A stretch of 63,757 nucleotides of DNA, filler included, from Rhabdomonas costata (Eukaryota): NCBI GenBank assembly GCA_019059605.1. It is 55 parts of 55 records of this genome, joined end to end, with 100 filler letters (N's around TTAATTAATTAA, not from the genome) between each part and the next. Parts side by side here need not be neighbours in the genome. Positions count along the whole stretch, not along the records: positions 1 to 1,062 come from JAHMHO010030689.1; positions 1,163 to 2,224 come from JAHMHO010030690.1; positions 2,325 to 3,386 come from JAHMHO010030691.1; positions 3,487 to 4,548 come from JAHMHO010030692.1; positions 4,649 to 5,710 come from JAHMHO010030693.1; positions 5,811 to 6,873 come from JAHMHO010030694.1; positions 6,974 to 8,035 come from JAHMHO010030695.1; positions 8,136 to 9,197 come from JAHMHO010030696.1; 47 more parts are not named here. One strand, 5' to 3'. This document shows, piece by piece, positions 1-12,549 of the stretch. Under the pieces are notes generated by a model, which made no database searches, was not told where the DNA came from, and saw nothing but the letters and a program-made list of their open reading frames with translations. Both the position numbers and the translations under genes were made by a program. How positions within the stretch are numbered: the stretch's first letter is position 1; each line of letters begins with the position of its first letter.

Positions 1-1062
1 TGTGGGTGGTGAATACTGCGCCCAGGAATTCTGCCCATGACGGTAAACACCTGAACCCACTGACAACGCCCTTGTATGGCATCCTCAGTAGTCAGAATCC
101 TCAGAAAAGTCAGAAAAAAAGCCCACATTACCCCTATCCAAGGGGTTTTGGCGCACTACCATCCACATCCGCCGTCATGTTGCTTGAACCCACGCGGTCA
201 TCCTCATCCCCCTTCACACTATTTCACTTACCCCATGCCAGTGAACAGCCTTCCTGATCTCAAACTGTCTCCGCACAGCTTCTACAATCTTGGAAACAGA
301 ATTTACAACCCAAAACTCAACGCCGTTCTCGGTGTGCTTTCCAGCCACAAATACCCTTCCAGCAGCACTATTCACACACCCACACCCACACCAACACCAA
401 GGTGACCCAACACCTCCAGCAGCAGCAGATGCATATGCAGATGCAGATGCATGGGCATCAGGGTTGTCATCCTGCGCATAGCAAACCTCACGCACGACAG
501 CACGCAGACGCTGCATCTTCATTCTTAAGTTGTGCGCGTTCCCACCCACGCCCTGTGCCTCATAGTGCGCTTCCATAGGGAAGGGTGCAGCAGCAGAGGC
601 AGCAGCAGCAGCACAAACCCCTCAAAACACACACGCATTCGGGAATATAGGTGGGAATGATTCACCAAAAGAAAATAAGCACGTCGTGGGTGCTGACGTA
701 AACCCTCCGGTGTGAGGGGCAAGAAGGGATCAAGGTGCACCACAAACGACAGAGGGTGAAAGGTCCAGAAACTCCTGACTCCAAGAACCAACCGCCGCAG
801 CGTTTCTGGAGGCCTGCAGTGTAAACAAAAGACCCCAGGCCTGGTTCGGCTTAGCCCTCTAAACCCGAAAAAGCAGCACAACACAAACAGGTTAACAACC
901 ACCACCAACAGTACAACAGTTCGGTTTCACGTGAGATATAAGGCGAGAAGGCCAGAAGCTGGATGAGACACACATGCAGTTTCACAGGGAAAACTATTTC
1001 GGGCCCCCCATCTCTCCTCCGCTTCCAGGGGAAGGTTTCTAAATCCTTCCCCTTCACACCCA

Positions 1063-1162
1063 NNNNNNNNNNNNNNNNNNNNNNNNNNNNNNNNNNNNNN
1101 NNNNNNTTAATTAATTAANNNNNNNNNNNNNNNNNNNNNNNNNNNNNNNNNNNNNNNNNNNN
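1063..1162. other. Artificial contig-joining spacer (44 N + TTAATTAATTAA + 44 N), first of 54
   Basis: The identical 100-nt spacer with stops in all six frames recurs about every 1,160 nt. 55 x ~1,061 + 54 x 100 accounts for the window length. Confidence 0.99.
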
Positions 1163-1280
1163 GTTTTGTGTTTCACAACCAAAATAGCTCGGAAGCAATA
1201 CTTGTGAAATGAAAAATAACTGACACAGCCACCTTCCAAGAACGACAATTCCCGAGCAAAACAAGGGTGCAGCGGAAAAC

Positions 1281-1630
1281 CTGAGAAAATCACTCAGCTT
1301 TTCCTCCGCATAGCTCTCCGTGTCCTCCTTCGAAAACTCCTCCGCCATTTGCCGTTCGATCTCTGTGAAAGAGAATCGCGGGGCCGTTGCTGTCTGCTCG
1401 GACAGCTCCGGGGCTTTCGGCTTGGGAGGCGGAGGGAGCTTGCTGAGCAAAGCCGTGGTCGACTTCACGAGTAGATTCAGGTTCACAACTTTGGTCTTCT
1501 TCGCTGGCCGTTGATCAGATGGGGAAGCTTGACGGTTGGTGTTGCCTGACGCGGCCAATGCGGGAGCATCGCGTGCAGGCTGGTCCGAAGGAAGCTTATC
1601 TTCGTCAGAATCGTAGCTCACGAGACTCAT
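1281..1630 (-). CDS. First exon of a proline-rich protein, PRCC-like N-terminus
   Basis: Starts MSLVSYDSDED, similar to PRCC MSLVAYASSDES, followed by LSKLPPPPKPK. Probable donor CAG|GTTTT at 1280. Confidence 0.4.
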
Positions 1631-2466
1631 CTTCAGATTTGCCCCAAAACAAAAATATAATCCGAAAAACTTCTACAGCATTGCAGAGCATCGCGATCCC
1701 TTCAAACCATATCAGCATACACACAAAACAGCATTCGGACATAGTGCACACACACGGAAAAAACATGCAGAGTCCTCGCAACCAGATCTGTTCCGCGAAA
1801 GCGGATTTTATGTCCGACTTCTCCAAAAACATAATCATGAGATGCCTCGTTTGCACATCTAGCAAGCCCTCGTTTTTCTCTCGTTTTTCTCGTTTTAAAA
1901 CAAGATAAAAAGCCCTAACCATAGATGCAGTTCAGTTTTTGTGAATTCATCCATCTGTGTGGTCTCCTCAGCAACGAACACAGCGGAATGAAGCAATGCA
2001 TTGATGGAAGAGTTAACAGTGGCCGCGCACCGTACGATTAAAAGAACAGTTCCGAGCATAGTACTATGCCGGGAATGTTGGATCGAAATGAATCCAGACG
2101 GACACAAAGCGCTGGCTGAGACACGAGACAAATTTTGAGGAGACAAGATGCCTGGATTCCGTAATGTTTCATGTTTGATACAAAAATTAACCGTACCAAC
2201 AAAAATGAAGTGTCCCAAAAAACANNNNNNNNNNNNNNNNNNNNNNNNNNNNNNNNNNNNNNNNNNNNTTAATTAATTAANNNNNNNNNNNNNNNNNNNN
2301 NNNNNNNNNNNNNNNNNNNNNNNNGGTTGGTGTGTTTGGGTTGTTGGGGTAGGGAGTTTATTGGGCGGGAATTTTGAATTCTTCTTTGCCGTTCTTTTCC
2401 CAGACGAATGTAAATTTTTTGTTTTTCTTTCTTCTTTCTTGAACCTTTGGCTGAATTGGGGCAAAT

Positions 2467-3063
2467 ATGCGTGGGTCCCGGTTGAAATGGGTCGTCCGCG
2501 CGGTCTTCCGCCCGAGGCAGATCAGCGAGCGAGTGCTATCCTTCCCTCTGTCCGTGGCCCGGCAGATCCCTGCCCCTGTCCCGACCACGCAACTCAGCGT
2601 GACCGATTGCCAGATCGTTCCCTTTGCTGCAGCACCTGAAGCTCCCCAACCCCTCACGGAGATGGTGGGGGTGGTGGAGCTGGAGAGCCCCGAGGAGGTT
2701 GCTGAGGTCGTGCCCTTCCTCCGCCGCCTCACAGAGCACAACCACTTCATCACAGTCTCCGCGATCAACTTCGACCCCAAGCGAGCCTCCAAGAGTGCCT
2801 GGGTCGTGGGGGAAGTCCAGGCAATTGCTATCCACTGTGCGCCGGAAGTCAGCCTTTTTCGCGGCTGCTCTGTGGTGGTGATCAACAACCGGGCCGACAT
2901 ACGCACTCTCCTCCCCTTGGCGCCGTATTTCGCTGACCAGGAGGTTCGCAAGGTGTACCACAATTACAGCGTTTGCAAGGCTTTGCTGGGGCGGTACTTC
3001 CTCTCCGATGCTTACGAGCAGGAGTTGCCCAACCTCTCGGAGCTTGGGGATGACTGGCACAAG
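2467..3063 (+). CDS. POP: POP-type (plant/protist organellar) family A DNA polymerase, N-terminal exon with degenerate 3'-5' exonuclease domain
   Basis: GEVQAIAIHCAPE...APYFADQEVRKVYHNYS aligns with POP GELICFSIYCGPE...PYFED..IRKVWHNYSFD. The Arg-rich N-terminus resembles a mitochondrial presequence, and a pyrimidine tract lies upstream (2415-2440). The 3' exon boundary is approximate. Confidence 0.7.
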
Positions 3064-3623
3064 GTCCTGACGTGTTCGTGTATGGTGGCTAATGCTGCAG
3101 TTGAAGACTCGATGTTGTGTGTGTGTGGATGTGTGGATGCAGACCAGCGAATAAACGAACGCTCCGTCTTGAGGCATTCTTGTCTCCCCCAACGGGAAGA
3201 AGCACTCACGGGTGCAAAGTAATCCAAGGCACGGTGTGGTTTGCGTTTCGGTGTAACTTGGCACGTGTGGTGCAGTTGAACGTCCGAAAGGAAAGAAAGT
3301 GCTTTGTCCTGATCTGCTTTTCCGTTATAATCGTGACGCTTAAAGATGGATGAGTCATTTTTTTTGGTGCATTTCGACAACAAAAANNNNNNNNNNNNNN
3401 NNNNNNNNNNNNNNNNNNNNNNNNNNNNNNTTAATTAATTAANNNNNNNNNNNNNNNNNNNNNNNNNNNNNNNNNNNNNNNNNNNNTTGTTTTCTTAAAT
3501 ATTTTAGCTATCCCATACCTAAAATATTTAAGAAAATAAACGCACAGAAACTCTCTGGAAATCAGACAATGAGGCAAAGAAGGGCTCTCTGGGAAAGAAA
3601 GTGAAGGGAGAAATAGACCACAC

Positions 3624-4055
3624 CTTATATCGCATGTCCTCGGCGCCACTGACGATGAGGTTGGTCACGGGGCTCCAGTCAACCTGTAGCACAATCCCGT
3701 CGTGGGCTCTCCACTGCAGCTGCTTGCTAGCTGGGGCCAAGGGCTTGATCACGAGATCTCGCCCGCAAGTGTGCAGCACCTGAAATCAAACCACGGGCGA
3801 CACTGCTTCAGCTTAATGAAATAGCAAAACTTCTTCGGTTATTTGCTTGGCGCAGTAGTTTTCAGCTCAACATTGGGACCAGAAAGACTCACGGGATTGC
3901 GTCCATCCGACAAGCAGGTACCTGATCGCTCTCGGGACTCCACGCCAGACTGTGCACCGCCTGTCCGTTGGTGTTGGCCAGTGTGGAACGCATCATTCCA
4001 CTCTGTGACCAAACCTTCACCAGGCCATCTTCACCACCCGTCACCAATGCGGTGC
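3624..4055 (-). CDS. IFT80: Intraflagellar transport protein 80 (WD40), exons 4055-3922 and 3779-3624
   Basis: [27 protein letters not shown] and [44 protein letters not shown] closely match IFT80. GT-AG intron at 3921-3780 keeps the frame. Confidence 0.93.
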
Positions 4056-5844
4056 CTGTGCGAGCGGGAAAACATGAGAACACCGCAATGAAAAGGCAAA
4101 GGCAGGTGTGCGCTGACGGAGCGTTTCATCAGTGGAGTTCTCGTTGCTGGCGCAGTTTCTGGACTGCGATTACGGAGACCCTAGCGTGAACTTCCCAAAG
4201 AGATTGCATCCTTCGCTGCAATTATGCTTGCGGCGTCTGCCATGGTCGTTCCCGTGGATGCGGGCTCGAGAGCATCTCGAGTCAAAAATAGCACAGCCTC
4301 CTGTCCATTTTAAATGCACTGGTGTGCAACTTTGCCATAACGCAACACCAATCGGAAAAACGGAATAGCAGAGATTTTCAATGTCTAAAAAGGCCGGACG
4401 AGACCGGTTGAGAACAGCGTCCAAAGTGCTCACTCTCATTTTCATTTCGCAAACAAAAAATTCCGAGAAGTACTTTGCTGTGGCAGAACAAAAAACATGC
4501 CCAGTTTGCAATGTCAACAAGTCCACCAACACAGTTGAAAAACACACCNNNNNNNNNNNNNNNNNNNNNNNNNNNNNNNNNNNNNNNNNNNNTTAATTAA
4601 TTAANNNNNNNNNNNNNNNNNNNNNNNNNNNNNNNNNNNNNNNNNNNNTTGTTTGGGTTATGGCAGAGTGCATGTAGTGGTGCAAGACTGCTGTGTGTTA
4701 TGAAGCTAACTTAGCATTGGTGGTGGTCAGCTGTGGCATGGTGTCATCCCTGGTGGTGTAAGTCGTATACGGCCTTGTAATCCTTGTGGTGGTGGTGTCA
4801 TGTCGTGGTCAGCCAAGGCACAGCATCACGTTGGTGGCAAAGGTGTCATAGCCTCATTAGACACTATGTGTTGTTGTGTCGTGGCGTTGACCTGCTGCCT
4901 GGTGATGGTTGGCATAGTGTCACATAATGGCATAGCGGTAATAGCCTCGTAAGACCACTATGTGATGTTGTGTCAGTGCCGCTACGGGGTGGTTGCTGGT
5001 GTAAAAGCCGGTGTAAGCCCTCAAGGTGGCATGCCATGGCACCGGCCTGAGTGCTTTGATTTTATTTGGTACTCTGGCTGTATGTGCTGGTGATGTGTGC
5101 TTTGATGGCACCCCTTGATGCGAACCCAAGGTGGGAATTCCTCACCACGGAGGACGGAGAGAAACGAAGTGAAGCGAAGTGACACGTATAGTAGGCTGCG
5201 ATGATACGCTGATACCCCACTCCTAGTGTGGGGCCCCTCGAGTGAAGAATAGCCGGTCACTCCGCTACGTTCGGTATTGAACCCACTGCTACGCGCATGA
5301 TCCCTCCACTCCGCTCTGTGACCATGCGCTCCGTGAAGAAAGCGGCCTCTGGTGCACTGAGAGACCCAGCATCAGCGTAAGGCCAATATCCCTGTGGCAG
5401 TGGTGGCATAAGGGCAAAGGCTACGATGCTAAGCCCAACCACTACCACAGGGTAACCACTGCGCTCATGGTCCCGGCCTCCAACCGCAACCATGTCCCTA
5501 CCCTAAACCCCAAGATGCCAATATGAACCCAAAGGAAGGGAAGTGATGCAAAGTGGAGGCCGCCCCCTGAAAAAGTGAGAGAGGACTGCGAAGTCATCCC
5601 GAATGTAGGAACCACCCAAGGGCAAGAAAGATGCCTCCGGGGCGGTTGCTGCTCGCACCGCTCTTCCACTACCGTTACGTCGCACCGCTCGTAACCAAGA
5701 ACCCCCAACCNNNNNNNNNNNNNNNNNNNNNNNNNNNNNNNNNNNNNNNNNNNNTTAATTAATTAANNNNNNNNNNNNNNNNNNNNNNNNNNNNNNNNNN
5801 NNNNNNNNNNGTTGGGGGGGGTTGAGGGGGTGATGAGTGCTCAC

Positions 5845-6724
5845 CTTGTTAAACGTGAAGGTGATCGGGGCGCTGGCCAGAGTTAGCGCGCCCTGGACGC
5901 TCAAAAGCAAGGCGCACGCCGGGGCACCGTTCATTGTAATGGAGGAGGAGGACACGGTGCAGGAGTACACCCCAGTCGATATGCTACTATCTGAAGACAC
6001 AAACACATAAAAAAAAACACCAGGGTTGGCCAATTCTCTACTACATCTTCTTTTGCACCCAACTCAGGCGAACGTGTACACCGGATCCCACCCTCCGGTG
6101 CATCTTGGATCCCCCTTCGGAGAGGCTTGGCAGAAGCACCTAGGATTTGGACCACTCCGCTGCGCTGCGCGGTGCAAGATATCCTGGAAGAAAGCATCGG
6201 CAAGCGTGCATAACCCCATGAAAACGCCTCTGTTGGAATCCCAGGAGAAGCTTGCATCGCAGCCCCTGCAAAAGCTTGCAGTTTACTTCGGTCGGGGAGG
6301 GCTTGTACCCGACCTCCTTTTCAGGCTTTTTTCACGTTCTTGTCTTTTTGCGATATTCTTGAACCGTTTTGGACGCCGTTATCTCCGCCGTTAAGGCACC
6401 AACAGTTAACTAGAGCAGCACCAGCGCGCGCCCCGCTCCCCCACACAGTCATTGGGCGCGGACTTGTCGTTCGTCTACCCCGGATCCTGGCTGGTCAAGG
6501 TCACACCCTCTCCCGCCTGTAGAGCGTTTCATATGCCATAATCGGAAACTATGCCGCGGTTTGAAGCGCTCTAACCTTAATGGCACAGACAGAGAAACAA
6601 GCACACAAACCAACAGGGCAGTTCGTCGTGGCGGGGATATTGACGCCAGCGAAGTCAGGGCACTGCCCCGCGGCAAGCAACAGCGGGAATACTACGGTGG
6701 CCTCCGGGTTCCACTGCTGGCCAG
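5845..6724 (-). CDS. Exon fragments of an unknown Cys/Ser/Thr-rich, probably extracellular protein
   Basis: GC-rich exons AGQQWNPEATVVFPLLLAAGQCPDFAGVNIPATTNCPV|GTTTG and SSISTGVYSCTVSSSSITMNGAPAC...FTFNK|GTGAG, with AG acceptors. Confidence 0.4.
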
Positions 6725-6735
6725 CTGAGAAAGAG

Positions 6736-6739
<4 letters not shown>

Positions 6740-6800
<61 letters not shown>
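6740..6800 (+). repeat. (GA)n / (GACA)n microsatellite in an intron
   Basis: About 20 AG units followed by CAGA units. Confidence 0.95.
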
Positions 6801-7462
6801 AAAGGAGTGTGAGAGCGCACAAGATAAGTGATGGTCTAAATTCTCCAGCTGCAGACACCTACTCCCCACCACANNNNNNNNNNNNNNNNNNNNNNNNNNN
6901 NNNNNNNNNNNNNNNNNTTAATTAATTAANNNNNNNNNNNNNNNNNNNNNNNNNNNNNNNNNNNNNNNNNNNNTTGCTGGGCAAAGGGACCGATCTCTGC
7001 TGGTCAGCAGCCCCGGGCAAAAGTTTAGGCTACAGAATGCCAAAAAGGAAGTCCAAAAAGTGCGTCTGGGGCTCTAAAAACTATTGAAGTGCAAAATCGC
7101 ATTTGAAAAGACCAAAAAATAAAAAAGACAAGTCCGAGATATCCGATCCAGTCCAGTCCAGGTAGGAAGGAGTGGCATAAATTAGTGGTCCCTCCCCCAA
7201 TTCCGGTTGGCCGGCTTTTCGGTTTGGTTTACAGTAAGACGTTGAATACACCCTGTACTAAGAAAGAATCGGTCAGATAAAAACGCCACACGCATCTGTA
7301 CATGTCAGCGAATTCAACCCGGCATCAAATGCACAAAAAACCGCCTTGTGCCACTACGGAACGACCCCCACAGCCACCCCCCACCACCAAGTGGAACACA
7401 TAGAGGAAGAGAGAGAGAGGGGCCAAAACACAACGAGGATGCTGGTGCGGAAATGTCCACGC

Positions 7463-7672
7463 CTGACAGAAGAAAATAGCGCCAGGGTAGGCCAGCTGGT
7501 ACCCGCCCACCACTTGCTTGCCAAGCAGGAGCATTGCCACACTGCACCCCAGGTATGCCAACACGGAAAGCAGGGTATCCGAGGACCCCCCACCGCGGGA
7601 CTTCCCGGAGTCATCGTCCGAGCTGGCCGGCCCCCGCGAGGAGGGGTCGTTGCTAACCGTGCGGGAGTACAT
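7463..7672 (-). CDS. Nucleotide-sugar transporter (SLC35D/Vrg4/LPG2-like), first exon
   Basis: SVLAYLGCSVAMLLLGKQVVGGYQLAYPGAIFFCQ matches the TM1-TM2 pattern of GDP-mannose transporters. The 70-codon exon ends at a putative GC donor, CAG|GCGTG. Confidence 0.65.
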
Positions 7673-8417
7673 TGGGTCCTTCCAGCCGCAAACCACCGGA
7701 AGGTTTGGACAAGCAGAAGGGGGCAGGGCACAGCCCCCCTCAATACATCGCTTCACACAGCCCCAGACCCCGGCAAAAAGGCTACACCACTGAACAACAA
7801 CGGGCGAAGCACCAGAAGAAAGAAATCCAAGAAAAGCTGTTGTGGAAGAGAGAAAACATTGTGTCCGGGGAATCCACTTGAGAAGGAAAAAACTTGTCTG
7901 CTAGATCTTGGCACGCCGAAAGAGGCGCCTGTCTCCAGTCAGGGTTCTAACAGTGGCTGAAAATGTGAGATTCTCACACTATGGCACCGATTCAGCAGAA
8001 ATACCAGGGCTCGATGCCGACGACGACCAAACAAANNNNNNNNNNNNNNNNNNNNNNNNNNNNNNNNNNNNNNNNNNNNTTAATTAATTAANNNNNNNNN
8101 NNNNNNNNNNNNNNNNNNNNNNNNNNNNNNNNNNNTTGTTGTTTGAAGAGAAATGGTATGACACTGCTGCTGGGGAGTTCAGCGCAGTATCGCCAAAGCA
8201 AACCAAAGAACAATTTTTCCTCCGCGCGGAGAAACCATAAGTGAAGTGCGAACGAAAGGCTGGAGTGAAACTCAAATTTGCTGCCGTCTTTTATCCGGCA
8301 AACAAACCTCCACTGTTCTGCAGGGTCAGGACATGATGACATGGTGATCCCAACAAGTCTTGGAACACAAACAGGAGCCCTCATGTGTGAAAAGAGGGGG
8401 GGAGAAAACAACGTCAC

Positions 8418-8992
8418 CCATGAGGCAGTTCTGGAACTCCCCTAGGGTCAAGTTTCCGTCCGTGTCGTAATCAAACTTTCGGAAAATCTGCTGACACTCC
8501 TCGAGCATTTCTGAGGTGACCCCGCCCTTCTTTTCCGCCTCCATCGCTGCCTGAAGGGCGCCCTTCTTCTTTTCAATCGCGGAAAGCAAGGCTTGCTGGG
8601 GAAAATGACACACCAACAAAAAGAATCAATAAAATCGGAGGGAAAAATCCATTTTCGGTGTTTGCACAAACTGAAAGTTGGCGTGCAAGTGCAAAGAAGT
8701 GGCTGCAGGGTCAACGAGCCAAACAATACCGCCATGGCATAGCTCCGTGCGCACCGTGGAACTTTGCCTTTTAAAGAGTTTTCTGTTGTTGTTGTTTTTG
8801 CAGAGCAAAAGCGATTGCCTTCAAAAAGTGCGGCACATTCCATCAAAACCCACCATGAACAAAAACCATTTGCCACTCCAGCTCATCCCACTGGTGAGAG
8901 GTGTCCGCGATGTCGTCAATGTTGACCTGCCCACGGTGCAGCTGGTCCGCCAGAAGGGACACCCTGTCATAGAGCGCACGCTCCTCTGCCAG
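8418..8992 (-). CDS. Alpha-actinin-like protein: last spectrin repeat and C-terminal EF-hand (exons 8992-8867, 8595-8418)
   Basis: KKGGVTSEMLEECQQIFRKFDYDTDGNLTLGEFQNCLM matches the alpha-actinin G[IV][ST].EQ..EF...F.HFD....G.L...EF..CL signature. A helical segment (SHQWDELEW) precedes it, and the splice phases are consistent. Confidence 0.65.
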
Positions 8993-9297
8993 CTGTGGGA
9001 ACAGCGGGAGAAGCCACAGAAAAGAGACAGAATGCAGGCCGATCTACCGGGATGCGACAGCTTGACGACAGGAGTCACGCACCATGAAAACATCTCTCAA
9101 TTGCGCCCAAACCGGTATAGAAAGCCGCGGGCGCTTCCAAGGTGCGACAAAGCAGCTATCCAAAAGAGAATGCTCAACCGACCAAGAACACCCCACCNNN
9201 NNNNNNNNNNNNNNNNNNNNNNNNNNNNNNNNNNNNNNNNNTTAATTAATTAANNNNNNNNNNNNNNNNNNNNNNNNNNNNNNNNNNNNNNNNNNNN

Positions 9298-10359
9298 GGT
9301 GTGGTGTGGAGACTGGAACAGCTGAAGTTAACGGACGGGAATTTACAGTTCTAGCACTAGCAGTTTGTTACGGGCATCAACCTGCTAAAGGGAACGATGT
9401 TTGACAACGAGCCTTTGCAGCAGTATTTGTTCGTCCGAGGCTTGGAAGGAGATATAAAAGCTAAAGTGATGTCCAAGCACCTGCGGACGCTGCACGAGGC
9501 CATGGAATTCGCGTGGGAGTATTTTCGGAAACCAAGATCAAGAGTGGAAGTTTCGGAAGCTCAGCTACACAGGACTTTCGCAGAGGGTGGCTATTCTATG
9601 GATTTAGATGCTATAAGTTACGGATAATACCAGTTTTCTGGAAGCACAGCGTTTCTGATATCAGGAGATAAAGATGACTCGGTAAATGACCTGTGTTCGG
9701 AAGGGGACCAAGTTCAACGACTGTGAGCCGGAGAACTGGATTGTTTGCGGTGTCATCCCCGCCAAATTTGTCCCAAAAAGAGCGGTGATGTTTACCGAGA
9801 GATGCAGGTAAACTCAGCTCGAACGACCTCGCAAGCTTCCTTTGGTGAACACGCCTCCACATGAAAATGAAGTGGAGAGCACATAAAGTTGATATTTTCC
9901 AGTCAATTGTGGATAAATCGGACTTGGTATCAGTTGAGACGGAGTTGGGCCAGCGGAGGCGGAATAAGTCACGCCAACCAAGCAAGATAATCTCGCTATT
10001 GTAAGGGCTTAGGAACCAACGTGGAAGATAAAGCGAAAGTTACGGAACTCGCCCAAAAACTATATCGTATGTCACCAGCTGAAGATGGTGAGATGAAGAA
10101 TCAGCTAAAACGTTTTCAGGAGATCGGTTTCATAAAGCCAACAACCTCTCCTCACGGAGCTGGAGTGCTGTTTGTTCCAAAAGCCAACGGTAAAATGAGA
10201 CTGTGCGTTGACTACAGACAGCTAAATGGAATTAATGTCACGGATTCGTACCCCATGCCACGGATAGACGAGACGATTGATCACGCAGGCAAAGCTAAAT
10301 GGTTTTCTAAGTAAGACTTGAAAGCAGGATTTCAAAGGATTATGGTACATCCAGACCAC
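9298..10359 (+). mobile_element. Decayed Ty3/Gypsy LTR retrotransposon (gag remnant and start of RT)
   Basis: Gag-like YLFVRGLEGDIKAKV and RT SPHGAGVLFVPKANGKMRLCVDYRQLN...YPMPRIDETID...KWFSK*DLKAGF with an in-frame stop. Confidence 0.92.
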
Positions 10360-11621
10360 NNNNNNNNNNNNNNNNNNNNNNNNNNNNNNNNNNNNNNNNN
10401 NNNTTAATTAATTAANNNNNNNNNNNNNNNNNNNNNNNNNNNNNNNNNNNNNNNNNNNNCGACCCAGACGTCGCTTCTTACCGCAAAAAAGTTGGATGTG
10501 CGTGGAGCCACTGGTGCCAGCTTCAATCTCCACATTCACGAATGCTGTCAGATACACATGCAAACACAAGGCCTCATTTTTAAATAGCTTTTTCGAGCTT
10601 TTAAAGAAAATTTCTGGAAGTGGATTTCAAATGAGCCATTATCCAACGAAGATGTCCCGCAACACCAGGATGAACAAAATGTGGGACTTGACTGGGTGCT
10701 CCTTCCACAAAAACCTTTTTCATGCGGCTGTTAACTTAGTCCGTAACGTTTCGAACTGAAGTCTTTTTGGACTGTATTTACGCCACTGGGCAATGGTAGC
10801 ATATGCTGTCTCTTGGTGAATACGCAAAGTTGCAAACTCTCGATTTACGGTGTAGCCTGCTATACAAACTGTCCTAGTCACCCAAACCAAAAGTGGTGGT
10901 AATATCGCGGTGGACAGTTTCATGTGGTGAACTTGCGACATCTTCTTTGTGTGCCTTTTTGCCCCAACAATGACATAATTTCAGACTTAGGGTATAGTTT
11001 TTTGGGGAGAAAAATTCCCACTGTGGTGGATATGATCGTGGCATCTCTTTCTTGAGAGAATTACATGTCGACAGAAACATCGTCACCCGAGCGACTAAAG
11101 CACCGTTTTATAATCCGTATTCTTTTTGACCCAGAAATTCGTTTTGCAGGAGTTTTCCATGGGACAAACTCGATTTATGTGTGTTTTGTATTGATTGTAA
11201 TCTCAATTTCTGATTTCGCTAAATAAGTGTCCACTGCGATATCACTAAACTTTTGTTAAAAGCACTCGCAATTATATTTCAAATCTCTGCAGATTTTCCA
11301 ATTCCATTAAAATATTGTCCGCGTCACCTCAAAAACCCCTGCCTCCTGCCAAGGCAACTCCAGCGTTGTCCAGGGGGCATCAAGGTGCTCAAAAATCAGA
11401 CAGTATTGGACAAAAAGGAGGCTGGCTGAAGGACAAAACGTGCACCATTTGTGCGTCAGAAGCAATTTTTGTGCGGTGAACCGCATGTTGTTGCACATGT
11501 TTGTCCACGTCACCACAAAACNNNNNNNNNNNNNNNNNNNNNNNNNNNNNNNNNNNNNNNNNNNNTTAATTAATTAANNNNNNNNNNNNNNNNNNNNNNN
11601 NNNNNNNNNNNNNNNNNNNNN

Positions 11622-12549
11622 GGGGTGGGGTGTCCATCACGGAGGCGGGACGGGTTCACCGCCGCCTGGAGAAGCTCATGAAGACGGTCCTTACGCGTTT
11701 CCCCACACAGACCCGTTCTCCATTCCACCTGAGATGAAAACCTCACAAGTTTTTATGCCAATTTCTAATGATATTCATATTTTGTCCCGCCCCTGGGCGG
11801 CAGGGTTGGGCCCTTAATTACCAAATCGATCTTCTTGTTTTTGTCTGGGGATCTGGCTTTTTTTTCGGGTTCGCACTTTTTCCTTCATGACAGTGGTCGT
11901 CATAAAATCCCGTTGTCTGAGCTCTCTGTTGTCGACCTCCATTTTAGGCCTTGACCATGATGATCGCTTATCGCTTGAACGAATGAGCGCAGTATGTTTT
12001 CGTTTTCACGTCACATCAGTCATTACCCAGTTTACGGTTACCATGCCCCCATGCCATGTTTCTTTTTACTTTTTGGCATTAAGCATTGATGCTGAATTTT
12101 GAAGTTGTTCGAGAATGTTTATGAGGGAAATATGTTTTTTCGGTTAGGTCCCCACCAGCCCGCTGGGGCAGGGGCACCCTCTGACCGAGGTCGAGGAGGA
12201 GGTCCAGCGGCTGCGCGAGCAGTACGGCCACCTCCTGAAGGTGATGCATCACTGCGCTTTCCGCATTTACTGATGTTAACCTAAAGGCATCTGTGGAGAC
12301 GCACCCCCCACATACCTTTATGGACTGCGGTTTTTATTATTTCAAGAAGCACATATCAGCATCACGACCACTACCACTCCGTCTCAAAATCCCACTCCCA
12401 ATCAAAATCCCACTACCACCACCATCACCACCACCACCACTCCCACCATTACCACACATGTCGCCCTATCGCAGCGTTTGACCTCTCCAGAAGACTGTGC
12501 TGTTTGCAAATCAGGGGAGTACACTGCGTTATCCGAGACCACAGCGCGG
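11622..12549 (+). CDS. Three exons of an unknown protein (to 11686; 12149-12240; 12475-12549, approximate)
   Basis: Phase-0 exons bounded by AG/GT: ..HRRLEKLMKT | VPTSPLGQGHPLTEVEEEVQRLREQYGHLLK | RLTSPEDCAVCKSGEYTALSETTAR|GTGTG. Confidence 0.4.

Noticed and set aside
1107-1118. TTAATTAATTAA recurring about every 1,160 nt as a possible regular repeat or CRISPR-like array
   Set aside because: It is always centred in N runs of fixed length, so it is an artificial six-frame-stop linker. ORFs ending in XXX...LIN are artefacts of it.
4649-5710. GT-skewed sequence as an RNA gene or coding region
   Set aside because: No rRNA, tRNA or snRNA signature and no credible protein; probably a degenerate low-complexity repeat.
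10460-11521. Moderately AT-rich intronless contig as a second viral or transposon fragment
   Set aside because: The frames I translated contain stops and no recognisable motif.
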